Source: Cycas panzhihuaensis (lineage: Eukaryota > Plantae > Cycadophyta). Taken from it: a stretch of DNA of 64,000 nucleotides. A program made the position numbers and the translations under genes. How positions within the stretch are numbered: position 1 is the first letter of the stretch; each line of letters starts with the position of its first letter. Location: the NCBI GenBank assembly GCA_023213395.1, contig CM041465.1, positions 169,267,741-169,331,740 on the forward strand. The letters are read 5' to 3'. This document shows positions 10,802-21,261 of this stretch, in pieces. The notes under the pieces are model-generated. The model worked only from the letters and a program-made list of their open reading frames with translations, did no database searches and had not been told where the DNA came from.

Positions 10802-11125
10802 TGTTGGAGCGCGTGACGCTAACTATCACGAAGAAGTCTTCTTCCCAAATCACCCTAGGACTTTTGGTGTAACGGCAACCTATGACAAGTAGTATCAGAG
10901 CGACCAGGGTTCAAAACCGGTCCTATGTACCGCGGTAGCGCACCCGAAGATACGTGAAGGTGTTTGCAGGTGGTGTCGAGAAACGTCGTGGTGGACATGC
11001 ATGTTGTGTAGGTACAACGGACTCCTCGTGACGGGGAAGTGTTGGAGCGCATAACGCTAACTATCACGAGAAAGTCCTCTTCCCAAATCACCTCGGGGCT
11101 TTTGGTGTAACGGCAACCTGTGACA
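10802..11125 (+). mobile_element. Complete 324-bp miniature LTR retrotransposon 'C' (TRIM/SMART size class)
   Basis: 86-bp TG...CA LTRs at 10802-10887 and 11040-11125 (10 mismatches, all transitions). PBS TAGTATCAGAGC at 10890-10901; PPT-like GGGGAAG before LTR2; TSD ATTAG at 10797-10801 and 11126-11130. Confidence 0.95.
10865..10918 (+). promoter_or_regulatory. Putative type-2 Pol III promoter (A box + B box) spanning the LTR/PBS junction of element C
   Basis: A box TGGTGTAACGG at 10865-10875 (TRGYNNARYGG); B box GGTTCAAAACC at 10908-10918 (GGTTCRANNCC); 32-nt spacer. Confidence 0.65.
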
Positions 11126-12950
11126 ATTAGTTCACCCCCTCCACCCATGGCTAAGATCAACCAATTAAATTCTACTAAAGTCTTGCCAATTAATAATTTC
11201 CTAAAATTTGAAATATTTTCCTTATCCAATTTATAAGGATCTATGATATGAAACCCAACTTTCATCAAAATTCTCATCATGAAGGTAATGTGACCATGAC
11301 AACTATTTGCCACATATTCAATATTCTATGTGCGTGTTTGTGTTTCCTGTCCACCCCTCCATCCCTCACAACAAAAGTCAACTATATAGAATTGCAAAAA
11401 TTTAAGAAAATACTTGCAAAAGTGTCAATATATCTACTCTCTATCCTCTTCATGAAAACCAATGTCATGAAACCCATTTTGCTATCAAAATACTTATCGT
11501 TGGGAATACATAAGCATGCCAATTGTTTGCCACAAATTTGAACTAGTAATGATATATATTTTATTAAATAAAAGCAAAAACAAGCATTTAGTTCATCCAC
11601 CCCTTCCAGCAAAATAATATAAAATATTGAAAGTTTGGCCCTTTAATATTACATTATATAAAATCCATCCCATCTTTGGGTCTTCTCATGGATGCCCTAC
11701 ACATGTTATATCCCATTGGCTAAAATTGCATAGGTGTTAAACGATACTAAAGAGTTGATGCACATAGTCTCCATCCTCTTCATAAGAAATGGTATTGTGA
11801 AACCCCGTTTCACAACTATGATGTTAATTTTGGGAAAACATTGTAAATGAATGCAGAAGTTATTTCCACAACAGGAATAACTAGTTACCTCTATTTGATG
11901 TTAATTCCCCATTGTTCAGACATAGTTTCCAAAGATATCCATGCTTCAACATAGTTTGCTTCTTTTAATGCTAGTAGGCCATTTCTGGCTTGCCGCAACT
12001 CTTTTAAGCATATAGTCATGGAAGAAAAAAGTCCTCTATAGAAGATCCTTGCTCCTTAAGCGTTCAGCTACCCTTGGAAATCCAATTTCACATGTTTTAA
12101 TTTCTTCATTGCTTTAATGCTTCTTAAGCCAGTCTAAATATATATTCAGAATTCTCATAACCTCTGCATATTTATATTATGTAATGGTGCACTGAAGTTT
12201 CTTATTAGAGTGATAAAGTACAAGATTTTCACGTATGCCTCTTCTTTTTCCATTTGTGTGTCTATATTTCACATTCTTAAGCAGGTATTCTTGAGGATGC
12301 CTAGATTTGGATGAACTTTTAATCTTCATCCCTCCAAATGTCCCAGCTATCTTGTTAAATAAGTATTTAATTTTTTGGTCTTTGGTAAGTAATCCAACAG
12401 AATACACCATAAGAAATATCACATCTGCAATGGCTTTCCTTATTTGTAATCCTAGGCAGCAACAGAATTGTACTGGAAATGCATTTTGTAACAGTAATGA
12501 AAAACAGCAGAATTTCACATGCAGTTGTTGTCTACATGTGTACTTGCATCCAGGCATGTTTAGATGTGTGTGGTGGTGTGTTTACATTGAACAGAGCCAC
12601 TCTAATTGCTCTAAATACATAGTCCAATATATTCTTTCACTAATGTTCTATTAAACTTCCTTGCTAGATGACCAATGCTGCAATAACTGATCCAGAATTT
12701 TTCAGAATTGGAAGTGTAAACTATAGAGAGGAGAAAAGAAGAACCTAGATGAATATCCTCTGTGTCAAATGAAGATCAACACAGAATTAAAAAAGAAAAA
12801 ATCTAGAAATCATGTTGCAGAGATATATATATATATATGAAGTAGCTTTCCTACATTGAGGATTCAAAACACATAAAGATAATAAACTGCCAGCCACTCA
12901 CTTCAAATTCTAGCAAGCAATGGTCAAAAAAGAAAGAGATCCAACCAATG

Positions 12951-13124
12951 TTAATCCGCCATCTTAACCAAACGTGACAATGTACTTTTCGCTAGTCTAT
13001 TTCCAGGATCTATCTTCAGAACCTTTCTCAAATCCTCGACTCCAAGTTTATATTTCTCAGTGCTTTCATACAAAAGAGCACGCTGGAGTAGCACAGATGC
13101 ATTTGAATTATCATGATCCAATAC
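12951..13124 (-). CDS. TPR-domain protein, coding exon 2 (57 aa + stop)
   Basis: Acceptor TACTGACAG|GTA, then in phase VLDHDNSNASVLLQRALLYESTEKYKLGVEDLRKVLKIDPGNRLAKSTLSRLVKMAD* (third TPR plus capping helix). The ORF track misses this exon. Confidence 0.92.
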   Translation of the reverse strand, partial: VLDHDNSNASVLLQRALLYESTEKYKLGVEDLRKVLKIDPGNRLAKSTLSRLVKMAD

Positions 13125-14116
13125 CTGTCAGTAACCAACACCAAAGTAGAGTCAGAGAGAGTGAAGATTTCATACCCAAGTCTCTAGCACTTAAGTGCTT
13201 TCAATTTTTCCTTTTCCTTAACTGGGGGTCTCAAATTGGTTTCCTTCAGAACAACTGAATAAAGTTAGTCCATTAAAAGAATCGCTTTGAGACCCTATTT
13301 GCACTGTGATAAAGATAATACATAACCTTTCCACTTGGCTTGGATATTCTTGCAACTCAACCAATGTTACATTAGCTATGAATTTCTGTAAATACCATTG
13401 CCAAGTATGCCCAATTTTCTCAGGAGGAAAGGCTCCAGTATCCTATATGAAGAGATTTGGGGGTAAAATTCCTACACTTAACACTATGAACATGGAATAA
13501 TAGAAAGAACAAGAAATCATCCCCTCTTGAAATTGAAGAAACCTGACAATTTAGTTGTTCTCATTACAGAATACTAGCAACAGCGTGCTACACCAGAGGG
13601 CACAACGTTGAAAGAAAAAATCTAAGGAAGCATGATTATGGGGAGGTGAAAATGCAAATGGGCTCCTGTATCCCTCGACAGCTTATTCCAGAGAGTAAAA
13701 ATAAAAAGGAAAAAAAGGGAATTGTAGAGGGCTTTCAGTTGAGTCCAACATACAAAACAGATGCCATGTAGCAAGCACACAAAAAATAAATAGTTGATGA
13801 TGTGCAAGCACTACTGGAAAGACAACAAGACGAAGGCTGATTATTGAATCTACATATTTCTGGGAGAAATGCACAATCCCAGGGAGAAAATGATTGGCTG
13901 TATCCAGCAGATGGCCATTAAGTACCAGCTTATTTTTGGATAGCTTGCAGGTGTCATGGTGGAGCCAGATTGTGAACAAGGGACACTTCTTCCTCCACAT
14001 AATTCTTAAAGTTAAATAGAAAGAAAGGCTGAGATAGCAACTGCTCTCAAGGTTATCATCCAAGAAGTGCAGAAATCTAATAAGAATAAAAACCAAGATG
14101 TGTTAAAAGATCCAAC
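13125..14116 (-). other. Phase-0 GT-AG intron (992 bp) of the TPR gene
   Basis: GT and AG ends join ...DCSQ|VLDH... in frame. Confidence 0.9.
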
Positions 14117-15691
14117 CTGAGAGCAATCACTGACAGCTTTCTTATATTCTCCAACTTCCTTGTAACATGAAGCCCTGCAAGTTAAGATCTCTAAAGCAGC
14201 ATCACCACCACTGTCACCTTTTTCTAAAAGAACCATGGCCCAAGAGAACCACTTAATAGCATCGGCAAACTGGCCTTGCTTGTAATTTTCCATTCCCTTA
14301 TCTTTAGCTATTGAAAGAGTGACTCCAGCAGGAGGTGGAGGAAGCCCTTCCAACTCTGTTGTTGTGCCCCCATCATCGCCACCAAAACCAGTGTCCAAAC
14401 CCCAGTCATCAGTTTCAGAAAATGTTTGACTCGCTACACCTCCCAAGGTGGAGGCAGAAGTGGATGAGAACAATGAATCCAGGGGATCCTTGCCTTTTTC
14501 CTGCAGACCTGGTTTCTGAGAAGAAAAGCTTTTGTTTAACATTTCAAATGGATCAGTAGCTCCACCAGGAGCTGTGCCTTGTTTAACAGAAGAGGACGAA
14601 AAAGAAGTAAGTGGATCAGCAAAGCCGACTCCCCCACTTCCACCGCCAGTTCCACCAAAAGTGAAGTCAGCAAAAGGGTCCGCTGCATTTGATGAGTTAG
14701 GTATTGAAGTGCCACCAAACAGATCATCAGAGACATTCAAGGATGCTGCAAAGGGATCACCACTGCCACTAGATGCATGGTTAGTAGATTCCTTCTGAAA
14801 TTCTCCAAAGATATCCTCATTATTCGCAGATACAAAAGGGTCTCCTGACTGATTATCAGCAGATATCGTTGTAGCAGAAACATTCTGAAAATCTCCAAAT
14901 TTTTCTTCATTATTAGGAGAGACAAAGGGATCTTGAATCACGGTTGAACCAGATTGAAGTGGGGCCTCCTTTGCAGTAGAATCTGCAAAAGAACCAAATG
15001 GGTCCTCCTGCGGGCCGCGCACATTTGTGCCTGGGAAGCTCGGGAAAGCAGGAAAAGGATCACTACCAGGATCACCTTGCTTTTTACTTGAGTGCTGATC
15101 TGCAAAATCTCCAAATTCTTCAACAGATTGGCCCAACTTGTGACTATCTTTCAATGGGGTTCCTCCTTTGGGCAATGCTGCAGCCACACTCCCCATGGAA
15201 AATGAAGCACTTGGGGGTGCCTGCTTCAAGGGAATATTGCTCTTCTGCTGCCCAAGGACCTCCCCAACCAGATCCCCAAACAAATGTGCACCTCCTGCAT
15301 TCGGCCCCCCAACAATCCCACTGGTCCCAAGCTTTGACGAATCAGATTTAGCCCAGCTCTTCCCGAAGATATCCCCCACCATTGAAGCGGGCTGGGACTG
15401 CCCCGACCAGCCACTTGTAAACCCAGATTGCCCAGACCATCCACCGGATAGGCCAGCTTGCCCCGGCCGAGACATGGGTGAAGGAGAAGGTTGGGGAGTC
15501 CACGAAGGCTTATTAGGTGCGCACGCTGGAGCAGGGCTAGGCTGAGCTGGAGGATGATGATGCTTCTGATCTTTCAGACTTTTGGATGACTGATGACTGG
15601 AGAACGCAGATCCCAACCCAAAATCGAATTCATAGCTGCTCAATGGAACGGCTGCCTTTTGGGCATTCTCAACTCTCCTACTCGAATTCAT
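14117..15691 (-). CDS. TPR-domain protein, coding exon 1 (525 aa); resembles the Arabidopsis At3g16760-type TPR family
   Basis: Clean, GC-richer ORF starting at ATG 15691 (MNSSRRVE...). Motifs YEFDFGLGS, PSWT, SMVGDIFGKSW and TTELEGLPPPPAG are followed by TPR helices (AKDKGMENYKQGQFADAIKWFS; ILTCRASCYKEVGEYKKAVSDCSQ). The exon ends at donor CAG|GT (GT at 14116-14115). Family resemblance is from memory, not a search. Confidence 0.92.
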
Positions 15692-15866
15692 GGTTTTCCG
15701 ATCTCTAATCAATCACCTTGCATACCATCAAATCCACCCCAAATTCTCTCTACCTAAAATGCATTTCTCTGGATCGCACCAATCCCTGATGACTTTTCAC
15801 ATCCAAATATTAAACCCCAACTAACCCCACACCAAATCAAGCACCCCGAAATTCAATCTCTTCAAC

Positions 15867-16118
15867 CTGCAATCAATTCCATCGAACCGAATGCAGATCA
15901 GAGAGCGCACACGCATACCCACACAAACATAACCAAAGGGACCCCAGGCATTTGCAGAGAGAGTATTATTTCATTCCATGGATTCTCATTCACTCACCTT
16001 GTGCCAAGTCAATCATCTCGATTTGATCCACCCTTACTACCCAACCAGATCTTCATTCCAAAAATTGGAATATTGGCTGTAATGTAATGAAACTAAAGTA
16101 AGAAGCAAGCAGGCATAC
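15867..16118 (-). other. Candidate 5'-UTR intron(s) of the TPR gene
   Basis: Donor-like AAG|GTATGC (GT 16118-16117) and AAG|GTGAGT (GT 15997-15996); acceptor TTGCAG| (AG 15868-15867). No transcript evidence. Confidence 0.4.
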
Positions 16119-19100
16119 CTTTCTTCATCGACCAAACCGCGCACAATGGAGATGCGTACAGTTCCTCAGTACCAGTCGTCAGGACCTTCTTAGGTTTCGA
16201 TAGGAGAAATTCGGAGCCCTTCCAATTGGTTCACACCCGATGGAATAGATCCCTAGATATTCTAACGTCACACGGCGATTGCCACCATAGAAAAGTTAAA
16301 TAGCTCTGAGGGTACGCCTACTAGCAGATCAGATCGTATGAACCAGTCTACTTAGTATTCTCTAAGGTGTTGGGGGTTCGACTTTTAACAAACTGACCGG
16401 ATAGAAGATCATAGCGGTGACTTTATCTTATGAATAAATTTCCTTTATTGTTGCCCGCGAATTATCGTATGGGACTCAAGGTCATGTTCGAGAAGTAACC
16501 TCCTATGCTAATGCAAATGGATGTGGTTTGAATAGATACGGATTGAAGTGTAGTTTGGGAAATCATACGCTATAGTGAAATTGTTTGGCAAAGGTTGTTT
16601 TGGCACACTTCAAATTGGATAGCCAATTATTTGTGGCAGGTTATTTTCAATGTTAAATATTAACAACAAAAGGAATTGACCCATTTACTATTAAGGTTAT
16701 TCATCTAATATACCTATTATATTGTGTAAAGGGGTAGTTTTCTATTATGAGGAACTAAAAGTGGAAGATATTGCACAAGTGGGAGATGACAAATTGGTTA
16801 GAGACTAGACTAGTGTCTCTAAACTTTAGTGAGCAATTTAAACTTGTGAGTTTGATTATTGAATGGTGGGTTGAAAAGAGAGTGGCAGCAATAACAAGAA
16901 AAAACAAAAAACAAAAAAAAGAGTGCAAAGGATGTTGTATATAGTTACAACTAATTATGGAGTATTTTGCTAACTAAACTTAAATCACAAAATGTTAACT
17001 ATTAAGGTTTTATTGCCTTAAAAATGATCTAAAGGTTAAATAATAGGAATGTGTGTGGCAAAGATCATAAATATTATCTCTAGGAATTACCAATACTTTG
17101 CATACATGCTCTAAATGACTTAAATAAATTTTGTTATAGATATTATAGATCAAGACAAGTATAAATTTTTCTAAGAAAGAGAGATAAGACCTTATTCATT
17201 ATGGCTTAGAATGTTGCTACAATATTAGTTAGTCTAAACAACAAGACCTTAAATTCAAAAGGTTCCTTATCTATGTTAGATGTGATTTTTGTAGTATCTT
17301 ATATTTGAAACTTTATTGGATAACATCCTCATCTCAAATTGAATTTTAAAAGTTTGATAATTTATCTATACTTGGAATGGAGTAATAATTATTTATTATT
17401 CCTTTATTAGAAGCTATATAATTAACACACATCTTAAATGATCCATCCTTCTTCTATACTAATATTACCATTGTTATAAATGGACTTTTGCTCATTACTA
17501 CAATTCTTGAATCTAATAATTATTTAACTAAATCCTTAATTTCATTTTGATGGTGAAGTTAATGTGGATATAATTGGATATTGATAGCGATAATTCCTAA
17601 ATCTAATTTAATGGCATGTTTCATTATATAATTTAGGGGTAACCCCATGGGTGGGCCTTGAATTCATGTTTGTTCATAAACCCTACCATCTCTTATTCTA
17701 ATAGAGTTACCTCATGTTAAGTGAAGACTTGTTGAGTAAAACATGTTGAAGAGCTAACTTATTATTTTTATTAAAATAAGCATGCTTTTATACAACCATC
17801 GGAGATAATGTTACTTCCACTTTTACAATGTGGGATAAATCCCTCAAGAGAAAAGTAACTCAATAACTAAACTAAATTAAGTTGTAAGATAAAAAGTACA
17901 GAATCACTTTAATGAGCTAAAATGGTTAACATAATTATATTTAAAAACACTCCAGTCTAATAGATTAACTATAAACTAGAGTAAAAGTATGGTACATGAT
18001 ATATATAATATACGTCATTAATTTCTCTTTCTTTTAGAAGAAGTTGTCCCTAATTCTATGGATCCTACCAAATGCAAAAGTATTAAGGCATGATGGCTTA
18101 AGAGAGTTGCATGCCACACTTCTTATATAATATGCCCTGGTTCCAATAAGTGTGTCAAGTGAATAAGTAGTGAGAAATCCTACAGGATGATTATTTATTG
18201 CTTAGAAAAGGTAAATGTCAATGTGAGAAGCTTGGTCATAAGTTGGAATGCATAGTGTTCCTCAAAATGTGGGTTACACATTAAAGACATACATGGAGGA
18301 GGGTTGAGCTAATTAGGCCCTCCCTTAATTGGATATGTAATAATAAGGGGCATGATATTATGTCTTCATACTTGTGCAGTAGGTGAACTTCCTAGAACCT
18401 TCGAAATACCTATACATGTATCCATAACTTTGGTTGAAATTACAAGAGTGTGTGCACTCTTTAATAAGGTGGAAGGGAAAACCAATGATTACTCTTACTC
18501 ATGGTTAGGTGATGCAGAAATCACAAGTGGAGTAAATACTACCATACAATCACAAAGTAAAGGAAGAGGTTCCTGGGAAAGAGGTGTATATCATATGAAT
18601 TAGAGATACCATATGTAGAGATGTCACTAAAGCAAGCGTATTAATAGTAAGAAGGTAAAGGCCTTAAAATAAGAGATGTTTGACCATTAACTTGTGATAA
18701 CTAATGTCAAATATGTTATAGTTACAAAGGATCGGGCCATCATCTACTAGAGTTAGGCCATTGTTGTGAACCATGACCTCTAAAAAAGTGATTTGGGCAA
18801 TTCTCATTTTGATGCTAATATTTAAACAATGGAGGGTATTATCAAATTTGATTTACCTTATGTTAGTTTTCGGTTGCTCCCTCTTAGTGTAGAATGAACT
18901 TATTGGTTGTATTTTCTCTTTTATTTAATTTATTATTTCCTTCAATTTTATATTCACTCTCCTTTCTAATCTTATCAGAAGTGGCATTAGAGTTGTGTGA
19001 TCATATTGCCTTCTATTACAACTATCAATCCAATAATTCTTCCCTCATCTAACATCTTCATTAATCAAGGAAATCTTTAAATAGACAGAAGTGCCATTAA

Positions 19101-19811
19101 GTGCCACCTATAGTTGTCCAATTGTGTTTTTAGCAGTTTAAGGTCATTAGAGATCATTTTTAGCAATTGAGACTTATACCACATTGGAAAAGATGTGAGA
19201 TTAGTTGTGGACATCATTGTTTTACAACTTTTAGGAATGAAGGGCTAAGATCAACTTGAAGAGGTGTTATAGGCCTAGGAAATACCCAATTTATGGATTT
19301 ACAAGGGAATTACACTTGGGGACACCATGGGAACATTATAGGAGGCCACAATCTTGATGGTACATTTCAACATCTTATGGGTCATTATTAGGAGATGTCA
19401 AAGAGTCATAAGGAAGTCCAAGGGCTTAAGCATATCCCAACACTAGATGTAAAGCATTTCTGATAGTGTTTGACTCATACGGTAGGCCCATTTCATGCTA
19501 CTATTGTTGTTATAAACCATAAGAGGTTTTATAAGGATAGTGGGTATATAATTAATGTTGAAAAGGGCATCCTAGAAATCTCAAGTAGATGCCAACACTC
19601 TATATATCAAACATCAAACATTTTCATGGAAAAGATCACTACAAGAAGCTAAAAATTATAGGCAAAGGAGAAAAGGTCATAAATTTTCAAATTTATTAAG
19701 GTATATAATTTGAAATTATTAAGATAAGAATATTCCCCTTAATATATTCCTTAAGAATATCCTTAAAATATTTCCAACTTAAAAACATCTAAAAGAAGAT
19801 TTTTGTATGTA

Positions 19812-20036
19812 TTTTTAGTGTGAAAATTATGGAAATATGTGTAGGGAGCATTATAGTATAAGAAACAAAGGCTAGAGACTTAATTAAGTGTGCTTTAATA
19901 AGAGAATTTTTATATTTATAGGTTTTTAGTAAGAAAATTATGGAAATATTTGTAGGGAGCATTACAGTATAAGAAACAAAGGATAGAGAATTCATTAAGT
20001 GTGCTTTAATAAGAGAATTTTTATATTTATAGGTTT
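19812..20036. repeat. Tandem duplication, 111-bp unit x2
   Basis: GAAAATTATGGAAATAT...TTTATATTTATAGGTTT starts at 19822 and again at 19933. Confidence 0.9.
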
Positions 20037-20099
20037 AGTATATTAATATAGGATATTAGAGCTTCTTTTAGGGACTCATAAGCCTATTACTATTGAATA

Positions 20100-21260
20100 T
20101 ACCAAGAGAAAGAAAATGCCTCACTTTAGGTCCATAGAATCTAAGGAGTAGAAGAATAAAATAGACAAAGAGTTAAGAGAATTACAAGCTTGTATTGATA
20201 AATTCATGTTTATTATTAACTCTATACAAGAAAGAAATACCAAACAACATTAAGATGGTGTTGATACCTTAAAGCTATTAGGTGAGGGATACTATCAAAT
20301 TTCTTATCATAATATAAAATTGCCAATCTATTCCATGGACAAAGAGTCAAACCCAGATGAATAGCTAGCCAAAATGACAAACTCATTCATAATATTTAAT
20401 ATATAACAACGTTATGGACTAGGTAGCCTTTACCATCAAATACTTAAACTATCCTATATGTGTTTGAAAAGAGAACATCTCAAACTAATTATATTTAATC
20501 AATTTAAAAAGGCTTTTAGAGAGTTTATAGAGGAAAATTAAGGCAATTCATATTATGTCTAATTAACTCACAATTTCGAAGGGAACAAAACCATATTAGA
20601 ATACATAAAACCATTTGAAATTTTGCATATTAAGGCTGGTGTCAGGTCTAAGGAGGCCTTACCTCTCTATATAAGTATTCTATGGATGGAAATGCATGAA
20701 AGCACATGATTATTGCACCTTAAAATACTTGAAAAATCCATTTGAATTACCTGACAGCCTAAAGCTAGTTAAGCAATAACTAAAGCCAATTATATCATAT
20801 TTTAATAAAGAATAGTGTACGTACCATTGAATAAAAGGATGCCTAAGTAGGCAAGGATCCTAATCCCTTGACCTTCAACCTACAACCTATTTATTAAGAG
20901 TGAAGGCCTAGATAAGGCTAACAAGAGAGCAAATATGCTTTCTTATGATTATGGCTAAAGGTAGGAAAAGGGACAATCTCTTGTCTACCCAAAAAGGAAG
21001 CAAATGCACATAGCCAAACTAGAACAAGAAGAAGTATAATAAGATAATAAGATCTCTTAAATCACTAACAATATAAAAAAAAATTGCATACTCTAATTTT
21101 GTACAATAGACATCCCAAAAACTTTGTGATGGCCAGATCAAGTATTTAAGAGCCCAACACCATTAAATTATATGGGTATATTTAAAAATAAAAATTGTTA
21201 GTATTAATAGACTTTAAGGACCTTATAAGGACCCAATTCATTAACTCAACCATGGATAGA
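20100..21260 (+). mobile_element. Highly degenerate gypsy gag-protease remnant
   Basis: Gag-like EYIKPFEIL near 20600 and a protease-like VLID segment near 21200; many stops. Confidence 0.45.
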
Positions 21261-21261
21261 T

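Noticed and set aside
10856-10925. Genuine tRNA gene or tRNA-SINE
   Set aside because: No proper anticodon arm, and the middle is the LTR end plus PBS of a TSD-flanked LTR element with no SINE tail. Kept only as a promoter or tRNA mimic.
10802-11125. Cassandra element
   Set aside because: No 5S rRNA-like sequence recognised in the LTRs.
14335-15545. Overlapping plus-strand and alternate-frame ORFs
   Set aside because: Shadow ORFs of the GC-richer TPR exon with no independent features.
14012-15712. 566-aa single-exon ORF as given by the track
   Set aside because: It starts at a non-ATG codon and runs into the intron after 14117; the true C-terminus is exon 12951-13124.
16600-19800. Short ORFs as additional host genes
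   Set aside because: AT-rich decayed repeat-like sequence, with no recognisable domain or exon chain.
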